Positions 1 through 13,099 are shown, numbered from the whole stretch's first letter. The stretch is 59,217 nt of DNA, filler included, from Globobulimina sp. (GCA_003354225.1; 10 parts of 10 records of this genome joined end to end with filler, not necessarily neighbours in it), one strand, 5' to 3'. Notes: a model not told the origin generated them from the sequence alone. A program made the numbers and translations.

Positions 1-395
1 TTCGTGAGTTTTTTGTTTGATATTTTGCAGTGCTGTGTGTTCTGTTTGTGCCTATTCCATTTGCTTTCGTTTGGCCTGACAGGAGTGTCCCCGTTAATGT
101 GTTTGGAATTGTACGGTGGATATGTAATATTTATGGTATATTCTTAAATTATTTGTATTTGTATCAAAGACAGAGGTTTTACATATTTTTTTGTGTGTTT
201 TGCATAGTTGTGCAAACGGCAAAAAGTATCTAAGTCAAATAACATTTCCCGGTTTTTAATGATTTCACAATGATATCATTAACGGCTTGCTGCGATTGTA
301 TTATTGAAAACAACGTATGTTATGTGAAAACAATAAATAATATTTTTAGAAAAATAATGTCAACACCAAGCAAGCAAACAGCAAACAAAAGAATA

Positions 396-3300
396 TTAAT
401 TTTGATATGAAAAGGTGAAATTGACAGGTTTTAAGCTTCCCGCAGTGGCAATAAACACAGGTTCCCCCTTTTTAAGTTTCCCCATATTTTGCGGCCATAT
501 TTTTTGTATAATATATATGACTTCACCAGTTACCAAAAGTGGATATTGCAACTGGTCTAAATTACCTTTGATCCTGTCCTCATCCAAAATGACCGGTATA
601 TTATGGGTGGTGTCATAATCTAAAACAGCTCGATATGCATTCATACTCTTATCACGAATAAACAACAAACTGTTCCCCGCAATCGATTCAGATTTGATAT
701 ATTTATCGCTGCCATTTAGCCAGATCGAGTTGGATTTTATTGTCAAGATATCCTGATTTCTTTGGCTGGCAAAATAGCGCGACATTGTCGTCCAATCATC
801 GCTATCTTTCTGTTCTTTTTCCGATTTATAAACGGCATATTCTTGCTGCAATTTATTGAATTTCTCCTCCCATTCTTCGCTGACATCGCTTATATAATCA
901 ACATATAAAAAATACAGTGAATGTGCCATATTTCATTCTGGAATATTAAATGTGGCATACCTTAACATTTTGATCTGTTTCAATAAATCGGTTCTTCCTT
1001 TGCCCAACTTATCGATGTCGTTTTTATAAGTAATAATATCCTGTTCTAATTTTTCAATTTCCTGCTTGTCATTCTCTCGCTGCGCAATGAATTCATGCTT
1101 ATGGACACTGTCAATTTGCTCCAATTGCTGGTTGTGTTTAATTAGCATTGATTCGATTTCATTCCTTAAATCCATTGAACTGTCTTTTAACTTATCCAAT
1201 TTAGCAACGAATGCATTGTTTTGTGTCTTTAATTTCGCATTTTCAATGTTTAACTTTTTAATGTTGTTATCTTTTGAGATTATCTCATTTTTTAATTTGT
1301 CCAAATCGTTTTGTAACACTTGATTGGTGGCAATCAAATTGTCATTTGCTTCGTTATTATTATTTTGGCTTTTGATTCGTGATAAAAATAGCATCGATTG
1401 TTCCAATTTGGATGGATTTACATTGGATATGGATGCGCCGAAAATGGTGGATAATTGGCTGGCAACTTCGCTATAACTCATACCATCAAATCCCGTCAAA
1501 TCCTGTCCATCCATGCTCGGCGGGGACGGGCCGAACTCGATTCGCTTAATTTGATCTAATTCAATTTCCATATTTTGATTGCGTGCTTCTAACTCTTTTA
1601 TATCATTCTGCAATGTTGATATTTTGTCTTCATACGTCGATGTCAAATGTAACTTCTCTCGTTTCCATTTGTTTTGTTCCTTAACAAAAAAAGTGCAAAG
1701 CATGCATTTTAAGTGTGTCACACTCAAAATGTTTTTTTGTAAACAACATCATGGCACAATGACACAATGGCACACTGTACAACACCCTGCTATTTTGTAT
1801 GGAGTACTCAAACAATACACACCTTAAATAAATGAATATTATTAATTTGTTTCTTCTCCTCATTATACCCATTACTGATGGATTTCAATTGTGTCTGGCT
1901 CCATTTCCATTTGCAATTATTAGTCTCATTGCCATATTCATTAATACTCGCTTCGAATTCCTGGCATAATTCATAATGTATTTTATCAATATTTCGGTCA
2001 ATAATCGGCAAACAATCTTCGTTTTTCTTATCATAATTTATTTTAATATTACCCGGCATTTTAGTTAAGCCATCCACCAAATCGACCGGCAACATTCCAT
2101 ACTCATTAATAAATGCTTTCCTTTTTGCAATTTCCTTATTCCTCACCATATTGAATATATTATAGATATGCGAATTAATCTCGTTATTCATTAAAATGCC
2201 AAAAGCTCTCCGCCGTATCACTTCAATCAAACAATGCTTATACGCCGATGGCAGTGCTTTCAGCTTCACAAATTCAAAAAATAGCTCATCCTTTCTGTCC
2301 AATGCATTAGTATACGCGGCCATAGTTTTTGACTCCGAAGAAATCAATCCATTCAAACTCGTAATATCAGACACATTCAATGTGAATTCATTCACCATCG
2401 CTTCCTGCACCGCAGCAATATGCTGCAACATGCCATAAAAACTGCCATTTATCTCCTTCAGTTTAAGCAAATCAACATTCATCTGTCCCTCCCTACATTT
2501 CTTCATCTCCGTCGGTCCAAAATTAAATAACTTGTCGCTGTCAGTCACAGTCCCGTTCGCATCCATATCCAGAATGACATTGATCGTATTTCCCACTTTT
2601 TTGAAATTCTGATGGAAGCGATTGATAATTTCCTCCAGCTCACCATAGAAAACTTCATTTTTTTGCAAGTCTTTTTTAATGGAAATAAAATTAATTTTCT
2701 TGCGTTTTATGTCCTCAATGGATTGCTTTATTTTGCATAATTTATTCTCAATCGTTTCTATATTTTTCTGTCGGTCCATTTTGATGTTTTTCTGCTTTTC
2801 CTGCGCTGTGTAAGCTTTCTTGTACCAGTCCCGAAAGGAGCCTTCATCCACTACGTCCAACATGGTCTTACGCGATTTTGTCTGCAGAGAGCTGTGCAAT
2901 TCCACGCATTGTAACTGTACATTATATTGTTGTGCGAGGATAATTGCCATATGATATAAAAGAAAGCGTTAACATAACATTTGTGAGATCAGCTTCAAAG
3001 TCATTTAGATATTGCTGATGTTGCGTGATTTGCTGCTCACATTTCTGGATGAATTTAGTTTCTTGTTTGCTCAGTTTCTCATACAACAAATAATGGAAAT
3101 GTTTCAGTAAAACTTTTAATGACTTATATTGAAATTGAATTTGTTTGACATACTTTTTAGCGGCATTCATTTTTTTCAAACATTCGTCTTTAACGAAGAG
3201 AGATAAATTATAATGAGATTCGAATTCAATTTCATATTTTGGTAAAGTTTGGAATAATAATGAATCGTTGTTAAGCAATGGATGAGTCTCTAATTTTTTT

Positions 3301-3784
3301 GTTTGTGACGAGGTTAAATGGAGCTGGGAAGCACTTATTTTCTCCTCTTTGATGTCATAGTCTGTCGCATTTAATACGTATTCGGAGGACAGGGAGGGAT
3401 GTTGACTGTGGTTGGCATCGAATATATAAATATGTGGCGCCATGGATATGGTATATCGATTGTCAGTTAATATGAATATCTCGTTATTATAACACGAATG
3501 CCGCAATTCTAACTTTAATTTTTTTAATTTGATGCCATTTTGGGTAAATAATACTTGATCATCCATTGAGATGGAGGTGTCTTCGGCGATCTTTTGCTTG
3601 AGTTCAATGCCACTGTATAGCACATGTATGTCATTAGAGAGTTATGTGTTTCTGTGTGGTGAAGACAAACGTACGTAATGGTAGGATTGACATCTACTTC
3701 AAAACTGGCACCGCAAGAAGCAATCACTGCTATTAATTGCAATGTTTCATATTTATTTTGTGATTTATTACTCGGGTGAGCCAT
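396..3784 (-). CDS. ATG11: Autophagy scaffold ATG11/RB1CC1(FIP200)-like protein, multi-exon
   Basis: Same-strand ORFs 3524-3784, 2922-3623, 1808-2950, 933-1727 and 396-929 can be joined by short GT-AG introns. They give an N-terminal ubiquitin-like segment (ELKQKIAEDTSISMDDQVLF), the ATG11/17 motif LPSAYKHCLIEVIRRRAF...EIAKRKAF...LP, a long coiled coil and a C-terminal Claw-like segment (LLFIRD...LLVTGEVIYI...KLKKGEPVF). Confidence 0.8.
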
Positions 3785-4025
3785 TGGTGTTATTTGTTGT
3801 TATGACTGGGAACGAGCGTATTGACTTAAGTGAAAACGATGCTATCATTTATTTGAAAAACTTTAGCGTTTCTATCCTTCAATTATTTCAAAAAGCGTTG
3901 CCTTACAGCACCAACGTTAGAAACGTAACACACAAAAAATTTTAAAATCATGTATAATACTAATACTTAATTAATTTATATGATAAATAATATTACAAAA
4001 AATAAACATCCACACATTTATCTTT

Positions 4026-4946
4026 CTACTCTGCTTCTGGACTACGTCTTAAATTTCCATTAGTACCGCTTCTCTCTCTCATCTCATATAAGTCGGTATA
4101 ATCCTCATCACTCTGCGAATTCCACGTAATAGTCACCGTCGACGCGTCAACAATATGCGCCCGATTATTACATACATTGTCCACATATCCGGTGGTCCAC
4201 TTTGGTGAAATTTTTTTACCGCCCCAATACGCAGAAATATTATGAAATGTGACAATATTATCTGGCGGATACATACTGCACTGACGACATACTTTCTCAA
4301 ATACGACATATATCATATTATACGTCTTATAATTATTCTATATAATATTATTTAAAATATAGTAAATTATGCAGGTTTATATTATAAATGGTACTCAACT
4401 CCGGATTTCTGCACAGCAATACTCATATTAACAGACCAGGTATGACCAGCTGTTAAATCTGAATGATACACCATATACGAATTGGAGGATTGGTGATAAG
4501 TGACTGAACCATAAATTAAATCACCTGGATACACGCGATGCGATGCGCTGTTTTGATTATGCGATGGCGACCATTGATAATATTCATTATAAATAGTCCA
4601 TTGACTATTCATCCATGGATTTACGGGTTGTAATAAATTTAAATTGTCTGAGGTTTCGATTCCAAACCATGGGGAGTAAAAACTATGTATTTATGTAGAT
4701 ATTGTTGGAATATATATGCATGCGGCCATGGCACACGTTTGTTATATATATATATGTAGATATATTATGGGCGCAGACGTACCAAGTTTTAACTGATGGT
4801 TCTTTGAGATTGGTCCAATACGCTTCAACAAATGTAAGGACATCTGATCCACCGTTTGGGTTTTTGCCTAATGCATAACCTAACCAACCACCTGCTGGAT
4901 CGGGTGCTACTGCTGATACAATCAAAGTAATTAAGAATATAAGCAT
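4026..4946 (-). CDS. Secreted concanavalin-A-fold protein resembling glutamic peptidase family G1 (eqolisin), 3 exons
   Basis: Signal peptide MLIFLITLIVSAVA. The spliced product reads FYSPWFGIETSDNLNLLQPVNPW...VYPGDLIYGSV...IYVVFEK...IVTFHNI, which parallels the G1 motifs SAWVGIDG/LLQ, GD-x-I and EWIVE/VTF. Confidence 0.55.
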
Positions 4947-5299
4947 GGCGTACAAACAAAGTTCGTTTGAGAGAAGTGTTGAAATGTTGTTGAGGTATTA
5001 GAGTAGCAAAGTTTTTAATTGTTGTAAGAGAAATTTCTGGAAAGATTTGATTTAACAGTTACTTTCAAAACCGTTTTTCAGAAACACAATAAAACGAAAA
5101 ATCAATTCGAAAAAAAGCAATTAAAAAAAAAATTAATTGTAAAACATAATTTAATGACAAATAAAATTAAAACACAAAAAATTTTAAATTAAAAAAAAAA
5201 TTGGAATTAAAAAAATTTACAAACAAAGAAAAATTAACAAACTTTGTTTCAACTTTCTGTTTCAAAGCGAAAACAATTCGATTCATTAACATTCCTATT

Positions 5300-5845
5300 T
5301 TATTTCTGAAAATATATTTTAATCCAAGGATGTTTCATGATCGCCTCCACACTGATTCTTTGCGCGGGATCTTCGCACAACATTTTGTTCAATAAATCCA
5401 GCAGATTCGCCGTAACATAATTCAACCGATTCCAACTCTGCAACAAATCGTTAATCCGTCCACATTTTACATATTTGTACGCTATGTCCGAATCAATTGG
5501 CTTATCAAAGGGTGGCGCCCCCACCGCCATCATAAACCTATCACACATATAAACAAACACTTTGTATCAAACTGTTTTCGTTACAAATATAAAACTAAAA
5601 ACACTTAACAATGATATCCCCATCGACCAAACATCCGCTTTATCTGCACAAAAAGTGCCTACTTTGGCGTATACTTCCGGTGCTTTATAACGTTGTTTCC
5701 CGACAAATTTATTGCATAAAAAGCATGGATTCATCACAGGGTCAAACAATTTACTACGGCACAATCACATATATATACATTCACAACATAACAAAAACAT
5801 ATCTGAGTCGAAAAATAAACACACCTCAGTCCAAAATCAACAAAT
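5300..5845 (-). CDS. Ser/Thr protein kinase (CAMK-like), C-terminal part, 5' truncated by contig end
   Basis: FVDFGL at the contig edge, then VGKQRYKAPEV, ADVWSMG, GAPPF and DPAQRIS...HPW across introns. Confidence 0.9.
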
Positions 5846-5945
5846 NNNNNNNNNNNNNNNNNNNNNNNNNNNNNNNNNNNNNNNNNNNNTTAATTAATTA
5901 ANNNNNNNNNNNNNNNNNNNNNNNNNNNNNNNNNNNNNNNNNNNN
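5846..5945. other. Artificial contig linker
   Basis: 44 N + TTAATTAATTAA (stops in all six frames) + 44 N. Confidence 0.99.
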
Positions 5946-7097
5946 GCAACGTGGACCTTGTCAAATTTCTGCCGTGGGAAACCATCGCCGAGCTATAAAT
6001 ACACGGCGGACGCAATCAGTGCGTTGGCTGTGTTGTTGCGGGAATGCTCTGATATCGAAACCTTGTCTGATTGTTGTTGGGCGCTGAGCTATTTGTCGGA
6101 TGTGGATGAGACTGTGAGTCAGAGCCAGGTGGTCCGAGCTATTATAGACAGTGGCTGCTTGAATAGGTTGCTGTTGCTGTTGGAGTCCAATTCGGCCCAA
6201 GCTTCGTATGTCATACATCCGTCGTTGCGGACCATTGGCAACATCGTGACGGGCTGCGATGAGGACACACAATATGTGGTCAACTTGGGTGTATTGAATA
6301 AATTGCAGAATTTATTGAGTTTCAGGTTGTGTATTGCAGTTAAAAAATAATTTTATTGTTTCTAATGTATCGATGAGTTCTAAATACAGCATCTATACAT
6401 TGCAAATTATAAACAAACTGTACTTGTAATACAATAATAAATGCATTGCACATTGACATATTATAGGAATGGCAATGGTGTGCAGCGGGGAGATGCCATC
6501 AAAAGAGAGGCTTGTTGGACTATATCAAATATTACAGCCGGGAGTCAACAGCAAATTGAGAGTGTGATATCTTGCAATTTGATACCAGCGTTGATCAATG
6601 TATTAGCTACGGAGAGGTTTACAGTGTCAAAAGAAGCATTGTGGGCCATCAGTAATTTGACGAGCGGTGGCAGTGACAAACAAATCCAGTTCTTAGTGAA
6701 CCAGGGCGTAGTGGAGCCGCTATGTAATCATTTTAATCCGAATCGAGTGTCGCCAAATCATGCGGAATCACATAAATGTTTGTTAGTGGCATTGGAAGGG
6801 CTGGCAAATATATTATGTGTCGGGAAGAGGATAAATTGTTTGAATGCGTGGTGCAGATTGGTAGAAGAAGCGAATGGCGTCGATTATTTAGAACAAATAC
6901 AAGCGGTGCAAACTATGCCGGAACATTTATATGACAAAGCTGCGGAAATTATTAAACAATATTTTGGTGGCAATGATAATGACAATCAACAAATCAATCA
7001 AATACAAATGAATCAGACACTAATGAATCAAACACAAACAGATACAACACAAATGAATCAAGGACAACCAAATAATAATAATTTATTTAATTTTTAA
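5946..7097 (+). CDS. Importin subunit alpha, C-terminal ARM repeats, 5' truncated, 2 exons
   Basis: ATWTLSNFCRGKPSP, DCCWALSYLSD, PSLRTIGNIVTG, KREACWTISNITAG, KEALWAISNLTSGG, LEGLANIL, YDKAAEIIKQYF. Confidence 0.96.
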
Positions 7098-7285
7098 AAT
7101 AACTAATGACTACTTTCTTTTTTTTTTGGAAAGCGCAAGAGTATGAATTAAAAAATAGGAACAATAATTTAACATTATTTACTCAAAAACAGAAATGAGA
7201 AACTCTGAGTGCTAGCTACATTTTCAAATTTAGTCAGCTACGATAGTTGATGTAAAATATTCAATACAAGCATGCTATAATTTGT

Positions 7286-8341
7286 CTATTTATACTGTGT
7301 GATGTCATGTTGACTGAAAGTATCATCGTTTCCGACAGTCCAACATTTAACTTCTACATCATCTCTATTATTTGGACAGTTTATTAAAAACGATAAATAC
7401 TTTCTATTTTTGCTATATTTCTTTGTTTGATATTCATCCTTAACCGATAACTTTGACGAAACAGCTTTCATTTCAATTACAGTGGCTGGGTATTTTATAA
7501 ATAAATCCATACGTTCCATAGATACTAAATGCAATTTTTTTTTATGTTTTGTATAATGATAAACCGGGACTCTCTTTTCCATCAATACTCTATATCCATT
7601 GTCCAACAATTCAAACTATTAACAGATGTGTCATGAATTATAAATATAAACAGAATGACTTATTACAAACCAGCAACGCTTTTTGGTATGCACTTTCCCG
7701 GTGAGCTGCGCCTAAACTCCGCCATACATTATCCATACATTTCAAACATGTCATGATATGAACAGATAATAAATGCTCCTCTTTGTTATCAACATCTTTG
7801 TCATCGATTTTATTATCATTAACTTTTTTTGGTTGGTTGTTTTGTATCGTTTCCAATTTTATATTTAAAACAGCTTTCATCCAAAAATCAAATGATATCC
7901 CTTTTTTTCCATTGTTTTCACCATTTATTTGTCTAAATACTTCATAAATTCGTTGGATTGGGATGACAGATTGTTCCGATGATATACTGCTTACTTTAAG
8001 AAACTCGTATTGTGAAATAAAACCATCATTATTTCTATCAATTGCATTAAATATTTGTTGATGTTTTTGTGCATCAAAAGTAAACATTTGACTGTAATAT
8101 AAATATTATTCATAAGATTAGATATCGATATGTTATCGAAATAGAAACTTAACTTCGGAAATATTGCATCATGTATCGGTAATAAAATGTGTTTGAATGT
8201 GTATTGTTTCATCCACGGAGCGGATTCATAATTTTGTTTTTCTGTTTTTGTGTTTGGTGTCGATGGTTTATCATCACTTGATTCGGAATCAGCAATTGTT
8301 AAACCACCAAATGTATGTAAAAGTTCATCTAATGCATCCAT
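7286..8341 (-). CDS. EF-hand + GxxExxY-family PD-(D/E)XK nuclease fusion protein, 3 exons
   Basis: EF loop DRNNDGFISQYE, then LGAAHRESAYQKALL|FELLDNGYRVLMEKRVPVYHY...RMDLFI...VIEMKA...YQTKKY...FLIN. Intron 7616-7670 (GT..AG, phase 0) and a phase-2 intron at about 8092-8152 restore one reading frame. Confidence 0.82.
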
Positions 8342-8432
8342 TTGAAACTATAAATTGAAAAGTTTCGGACAAAAGCTAGATAAATGCGAAAAAATGTCGA
8401 GTTTTTTTGAGTAAACAAGTGATATGTTACAA

Positions 8433-9497
8433 CTATTGATCGTCAGTGTCATTATCCTTCATATCAAGGTCCTCATCTTGCTCCTCTTCATCAGTGTCAT
8501 TTTCTAGTTCTGTTTGAAAATCAATCTCCAAAATATTTTGCTTATCAATGCAATGCGTTGACAATATTTTGATTAATTCGTTCCCTCTTTCTCGTGTTAA
8601 CTGAACCATACTTTGTAAAGTATAAAAATCAAGATTCCTTTGCCCAGATTTATGTAAATGTATTATATCCCCACCATTATTCAACACAATGTGTATTTTA
8701 TCAGATAACAATGCTTCTTCATCAACAGTTGGGTCAACAATAATTTTCTTATCCAAAATACCAAATGTCAATGGCAACAAATCATAATTTAACGACAATT
8801 TATAAAAATTATTCTTATTCCTGTTATCAATATAAATCGTATCATCATCTTTCCCTAAACACGTATGAGGTATTTTTAATGTTTTCAATGCGGCGACAAT
8901 GGATAATAAACACGCATCAAATACGTTGCCGTCATTGCAAATGCACAACAGATCAATGTATAAGACCCACACTGCTTTCTCTGACTCTATGCATAGATTC
9001 TCCAATGAAAACATGCCGGATTCGATAATAATATCACATAATTCCCGCGATAATGCTGCGGCTTTATTCTTGATAGCCTCCCTTTCATCATTTAAACCTA
9101 AAATCACATCGATTTCTGTGTGGTGTTATGAGAATGAATTTGATTGCAATGCAAAAACAAGACATGAGAAACAAACCTATAAATCCTCGCTTTACATTTG
9201 GTTTTCGTGGCGGGGCGATTTCTAATTTGATGCCTGTCGTTATTGTGGTTGACCCAATTTTAACAACAGCGGATGCGTCACTCGTTGAGATACAATTGCA
9301 GCTTATCAATGTTGATCTGCATTTGGTTAAAAATCTGCCATCTGGTCGCACATTTTTGTTCAGGAACTTGCGATAGAATTCTAATGGTTCAATTTTCCTG
9401 TGGACTGTAATAACAATTAAATGAAGAATAAATAAATAATGAATGGGGTGGCAAAGGTTTATTAACTGCTCAAAGCGATCTTTTCTTTTTGTGACAT
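8433..9497 (-). CDS. RRP43: Exosome complex component RRP43 (EXOSC8), multi-exon
   Basis: HRKIEPLEFYRKFL..NVRPDGR, SAVVKIGSTTITTGIKLE, LENLCIESEKAVWVLYIDLLCICNDGNVFDAC and IVDPTVDEE (RNase PH fold). Confidence 0.92.
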
Positions 9498-9561
9498 GCT
9501 TCGCGAAACAAAACTTTTCAGCTACAAGTGAAGTCAGTGCGCCTTTACTATTTCCAGCATA

Positions 9562-11172
9562 ATGCGAACAATTTTGGAGTACACCCCGGACACATCAACG
9601 TCAGCGTTATCCAGACCACCCACTTCATTGCAATTGTCGTGCAGGAAAACGGATATTAATTCACACGCAATAGCGCTATTACCAAATGAATCAAGCACAA
9701 AGACTTCCGGATCCACATGTTTTATCGAGACCGTTTATTTTATTGCTGGCATTATGCATTTATTTGTTATGTTTATGGCTTGTTTGTTATCCTTTGAATA
9801 TGCGCATTGTGACAATATCCTACATTTAGGCATTTATAATATTATCTATATTCTATATGGAATGACATTATTTTTGCTCGCGTTATTTATATTTTTGGTA
9901 ATAATCCGTTTCTGCGACGGATTTCGCATTGAACTCAACGACCACATTATAGGCATAATAGGTTGCTGTATATTTACATTTTGGACCACATTATTTTATG
10001 TTTTCCGTTTTTTATTGCATAAATTGAATATTATGGACGATATGCATTATTTGAACATCAATCCAGATCAGTATCGCTTGCTAAACAAAGCAGGATTGTT
10101 ATATACTTTACCTATCTTAGTCTTTGAACTGCTCATATTATGCACCGATGCCTGTGCATTTTCCAGTTCTTACGTATTTTTATTGGAAGTTGCCATCACA
10201 TTTAGTGTCATCTGTTATTATCCATTTTGTATTGTTATCGAGTTATTAGCCTTAAATAAAATGGAAAATATGAAATTAAAATACAGTGTTTATTATATAC
10301 TGATTGGTGTACTTTTGTGTAACATTGAATCGATTGGTATTTTATTATGTATTCTGAACCAATATTACTTACATAATTACGATTTTTCATTGCAAGAAAA
10401 TAGTACATTTTATGATGATGTCTGGGAATTTATATATATTATTCCTATTCCGTTTTTGTGTGTTTTTGTGTATTGTTATTGTATAAATTGGTATATTTTA
10501 ACGGATTATCCAGAATTTTTAAATTGGGCAATATTTGAACAGATTTCATCCAAAAACGAAATGTTAAACAGAATATACTGTATTTCACATGTTTGTTATA
10601 CGCATATTTTACCAGATTCTGCGCGAAAATCCGGTTATTTGAGCGTGGCGATGAAGGGGCAACATACAATTAAAGATACGCAATGTACTGAACATCAATG
10701 TGAATATTTGGCAGTAACAAATGTGGTGACTGACAAATTTGAATTTATTTATAATATGATTGAGGAACAAAATATTTATATTAACAAATCAATTTTTCCG
10801 AATCGGATGGTATGGATTTATGCAATTATTAAATTATTGCTTGCGTTTTTTCCATTTTTATGGTTGGCTGCAGTTTATTGGCATCGTGGGCCATTCAGAT
10901 GGTTTATATTAATTTTAATGGGCTTTTATTTTATTTCGTTGATTTTATTTTTATTTTTTGGATATCATATTATTTTAAAATATAAAAAGTATTATTATTT
11001 ATTTAGAATAGCAATGAGTCAAAGTGGTGACAGAGAAGATGCCTTATTCGAATGTAAAGAAATGCATAAATCATTGGATTATCGTGGTCCTATTTTACGT
11101 GCATTGCTAAACAACAATATGCCACTTCCAATCGCAACAACTATCACAAGAAATATCGTTGAATGTATTTAG
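9562..11172 (+). CDS. Hypothetical polytopic membrane protein (about 9-10 TM segments), intronless
   Basis: 536-aa ORF with many hydrophobic stretches; no family motif recognised. Confidence 0.75.
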   Translation: MRTILEYTPDTSTSALSRPPTSLQLSCRKTDINSHAIALLPNESSTKTSGSTCFIETVYFIAGIMHLFVMFMACLLSFEYAHCDNILHLGIYNIIYILYGMTLFLLALFIFLVIIRFCDGFRIELNDHIIGIIGCCIFTFWTTLFYVFRFLLHKLNIMDDMHYLNINPDQYRLLNKAGLLYTLPILVFELLILCTDACAFSSSYVFLLEVAITFSVICYYPFCIVIELLALNKMENMKLKYSVYYILIGVLLCNIESIGILLCILNQYYLHNYDFSLQENSTFYDDVWEFIYIIPIPFLCVFVYCYCINWYILTDYPEFLNWAIFEQISSKNEMLNRIYCISHVCYTHILPDSARKSGYLSVAMKGQHTIKDTQCTEHQCEYLAVTNVVTDKFEFIYNMIEEQNIYINKSIFPNRMVWIYAIIKLLLAFFPFLWLAAVYWHRGPFRWFILILMGFYFISLILFLFFGYHIILKYKKYYYLFRIAMSQSGDREDALFECKEMHKSLDYRGPILRALLNNNMPLPIATTITRNIVECI

Positions 11173-11672
11173 TATCGATCGATCTATTGTTTTTGTTTGT
11201 ATTTACTATTAATAATTGTATTGTTTTTGTTTGTTTTTTTATAATTTTAATATTAATATATATGTCTACATTTAATCTTTTTCGAAACATCAATCATGCA
11301 GCAAATATGCGAGAGAGAGTTCGTTGTGCAATCTCGACGTACATAAATGTTAATATAAAGCCAAAAAACATTTAACTGTTTTAAAGTAAAAAAAAACCAC
11401 TTCTCCATCCCTTCAAAGTTCAAACTTCAAACCAAACACTAATCCATAAAATCTAAAATAACGAATACCAATGCAAAAACAGTTCTTGACGATTTAATAT
11501 CAGCTGTTGATAATTTTGTTACCTATTCGAAGGAGGACGGCACAAGACCGAATTCAAACGGTGCAAGTATTGCACCACCTGAGGAAAAGTCAGCAGCTTT
11601 TGATGCATATAAAATTAATAATAACTGGCTAAATTTACAAATCGCTTTTGGCAATCTTTCATCAACTGATAC

Positions 11673-11784
11673 ATTTGCACCTGTTGTAACAAAAACATGA
11701 GTATTATCTAGTAAATCAATAATTATTTGTTTCATTCCTGCTGGAACCATTGCCCCTGCAATTCCTAGGAATATTTTGCATTCT
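11673..11784 (-). CDS. Prokaryotic (archaeal-type) deoxyhypusine synthase fragment at contig end, probable chimera
   Basis: ECKIFLGIAGAMVPAGMKQIIIDLLDNTHVFVTTGAN matches the DHS NAD-binding motif (GAMVPAG...VTTGAN). Similarity stops abruptly after GAN. Confidence 0.75.
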
Positions 11785-11884
11785 NNNNNNNNNNNNNNNN
11801 NNNNNNNNNNNNNNNNNNNNNNNNNNNNTTAATTAATTAANNNNNNNNNNNNNNNNNNNNNNNNNNNNNNNNNNNNNNNNNNNN
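11785..11884. other. Artificial contig linker
   Basis: 44 N + TTAATTAATTAA + 44 N. Confidence 0.99.
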
Positions 11885-13099
11885 ATTGAATTCCTTTTTT
11901 AATCGCAACCATTCTTGTAATTCCTTAAAAACCTCGTTTTGAAAATCACACATTTTCAAACCAATATTCTTCAATTGACTTTGGTACAGAACATATTGAC
12001 TTATTGTCCGCCGGTTTTGTTCGTTTGGATCAATTTTTTCTTCTGTATTCACAGCCCATGCTCTTGCATTAAAAATGCTATCTATGCAGTTCTGTGATGA
12101 ATATAGCATTATATATATAAATATATACAAATGTTATTTGATATACATTTACCTTTGCTTTCTGCAAAAAACTTTTCCATTTTATATTAAGTTTTATTGC
12201 AGCAATAACTCTTTGATTCCACTCTTCAAAATCATGTGTCATTAAAGTATCACAGTCTAATAACTTTTGTAACGGTTTAATGACATCAAAGTCCATATTA
12301 TCCACCAATTCTGATAACTGTCTTAACGACGCATTATTCATTTTCGCATCGAAATTAAGTTTTTTTTCAAGTATTTGGAGAATTTTTTCTGGTGGAATAG
12401 TCTTGCATTTTTTCCATTGGTTTAATAAACCTTTTACCTCAGAAATACCACAACAACAATCAACTAATTTACTCCAAAATATGCTCCATCGTTCCTCCTG
12501 ACCATTATGTGTATCACTACCGGTTTTTGTAGGTAATCGAAAGAGAAATTCTTTGTCCGCACAATTAAAATAAGTACGGTGATATATAATGCTGATTTCC
12601 TGTGTTTTATAGCTACGATATACTTCGCAATCACCCAATGGCACTGAATCACTACCAATGAGGTTTTTGAAATGTTGTGAATCTGCAATACAAAGATTAC
12701 ATTTGGAATCAATTTCGCATTGATATGCTTTTTTGCTCCATTTCCCATGAATTCCCTTTTTCTGCAACATTGCAGTGATTGGTACCGGTTCTGTTGGTTG
12801 TATTTTTATTTCATCTTTGTTTTCAATGAGTGAATTCCCCAATGATGCATAGTATGGTTTGTCACACGCTCTTGCATTGGTTTTTTGTTCGCCATCGATC
12901 TCAGATGTAGCTAATTCATTAAATCCTCGATTTTCAAATCTATTCTGTATACATTACATGATACATTGTAAAAAATAAGGAAAAGAATATTATTCACAGT
13001 AATTGAATTATCAGTATACGTTTCTGAATTATCAATATATGTTTGAGATGTATCCGCCTCTCCATTTCCTTGAATCTCATCATCTCTCGATGTAGACAT
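11885..13099 (-). CDS. Hypothetical protein with possible PH-like domain, multi-exon, 3' truncated
   Basis: ORFs 12911-13099, 12078-12842 and 11885-12130 are collinear. MLQKKGIHGKWSKK...EFLFRL...EERWSIFW has a PH-like pattern. Confidence 0.55.
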
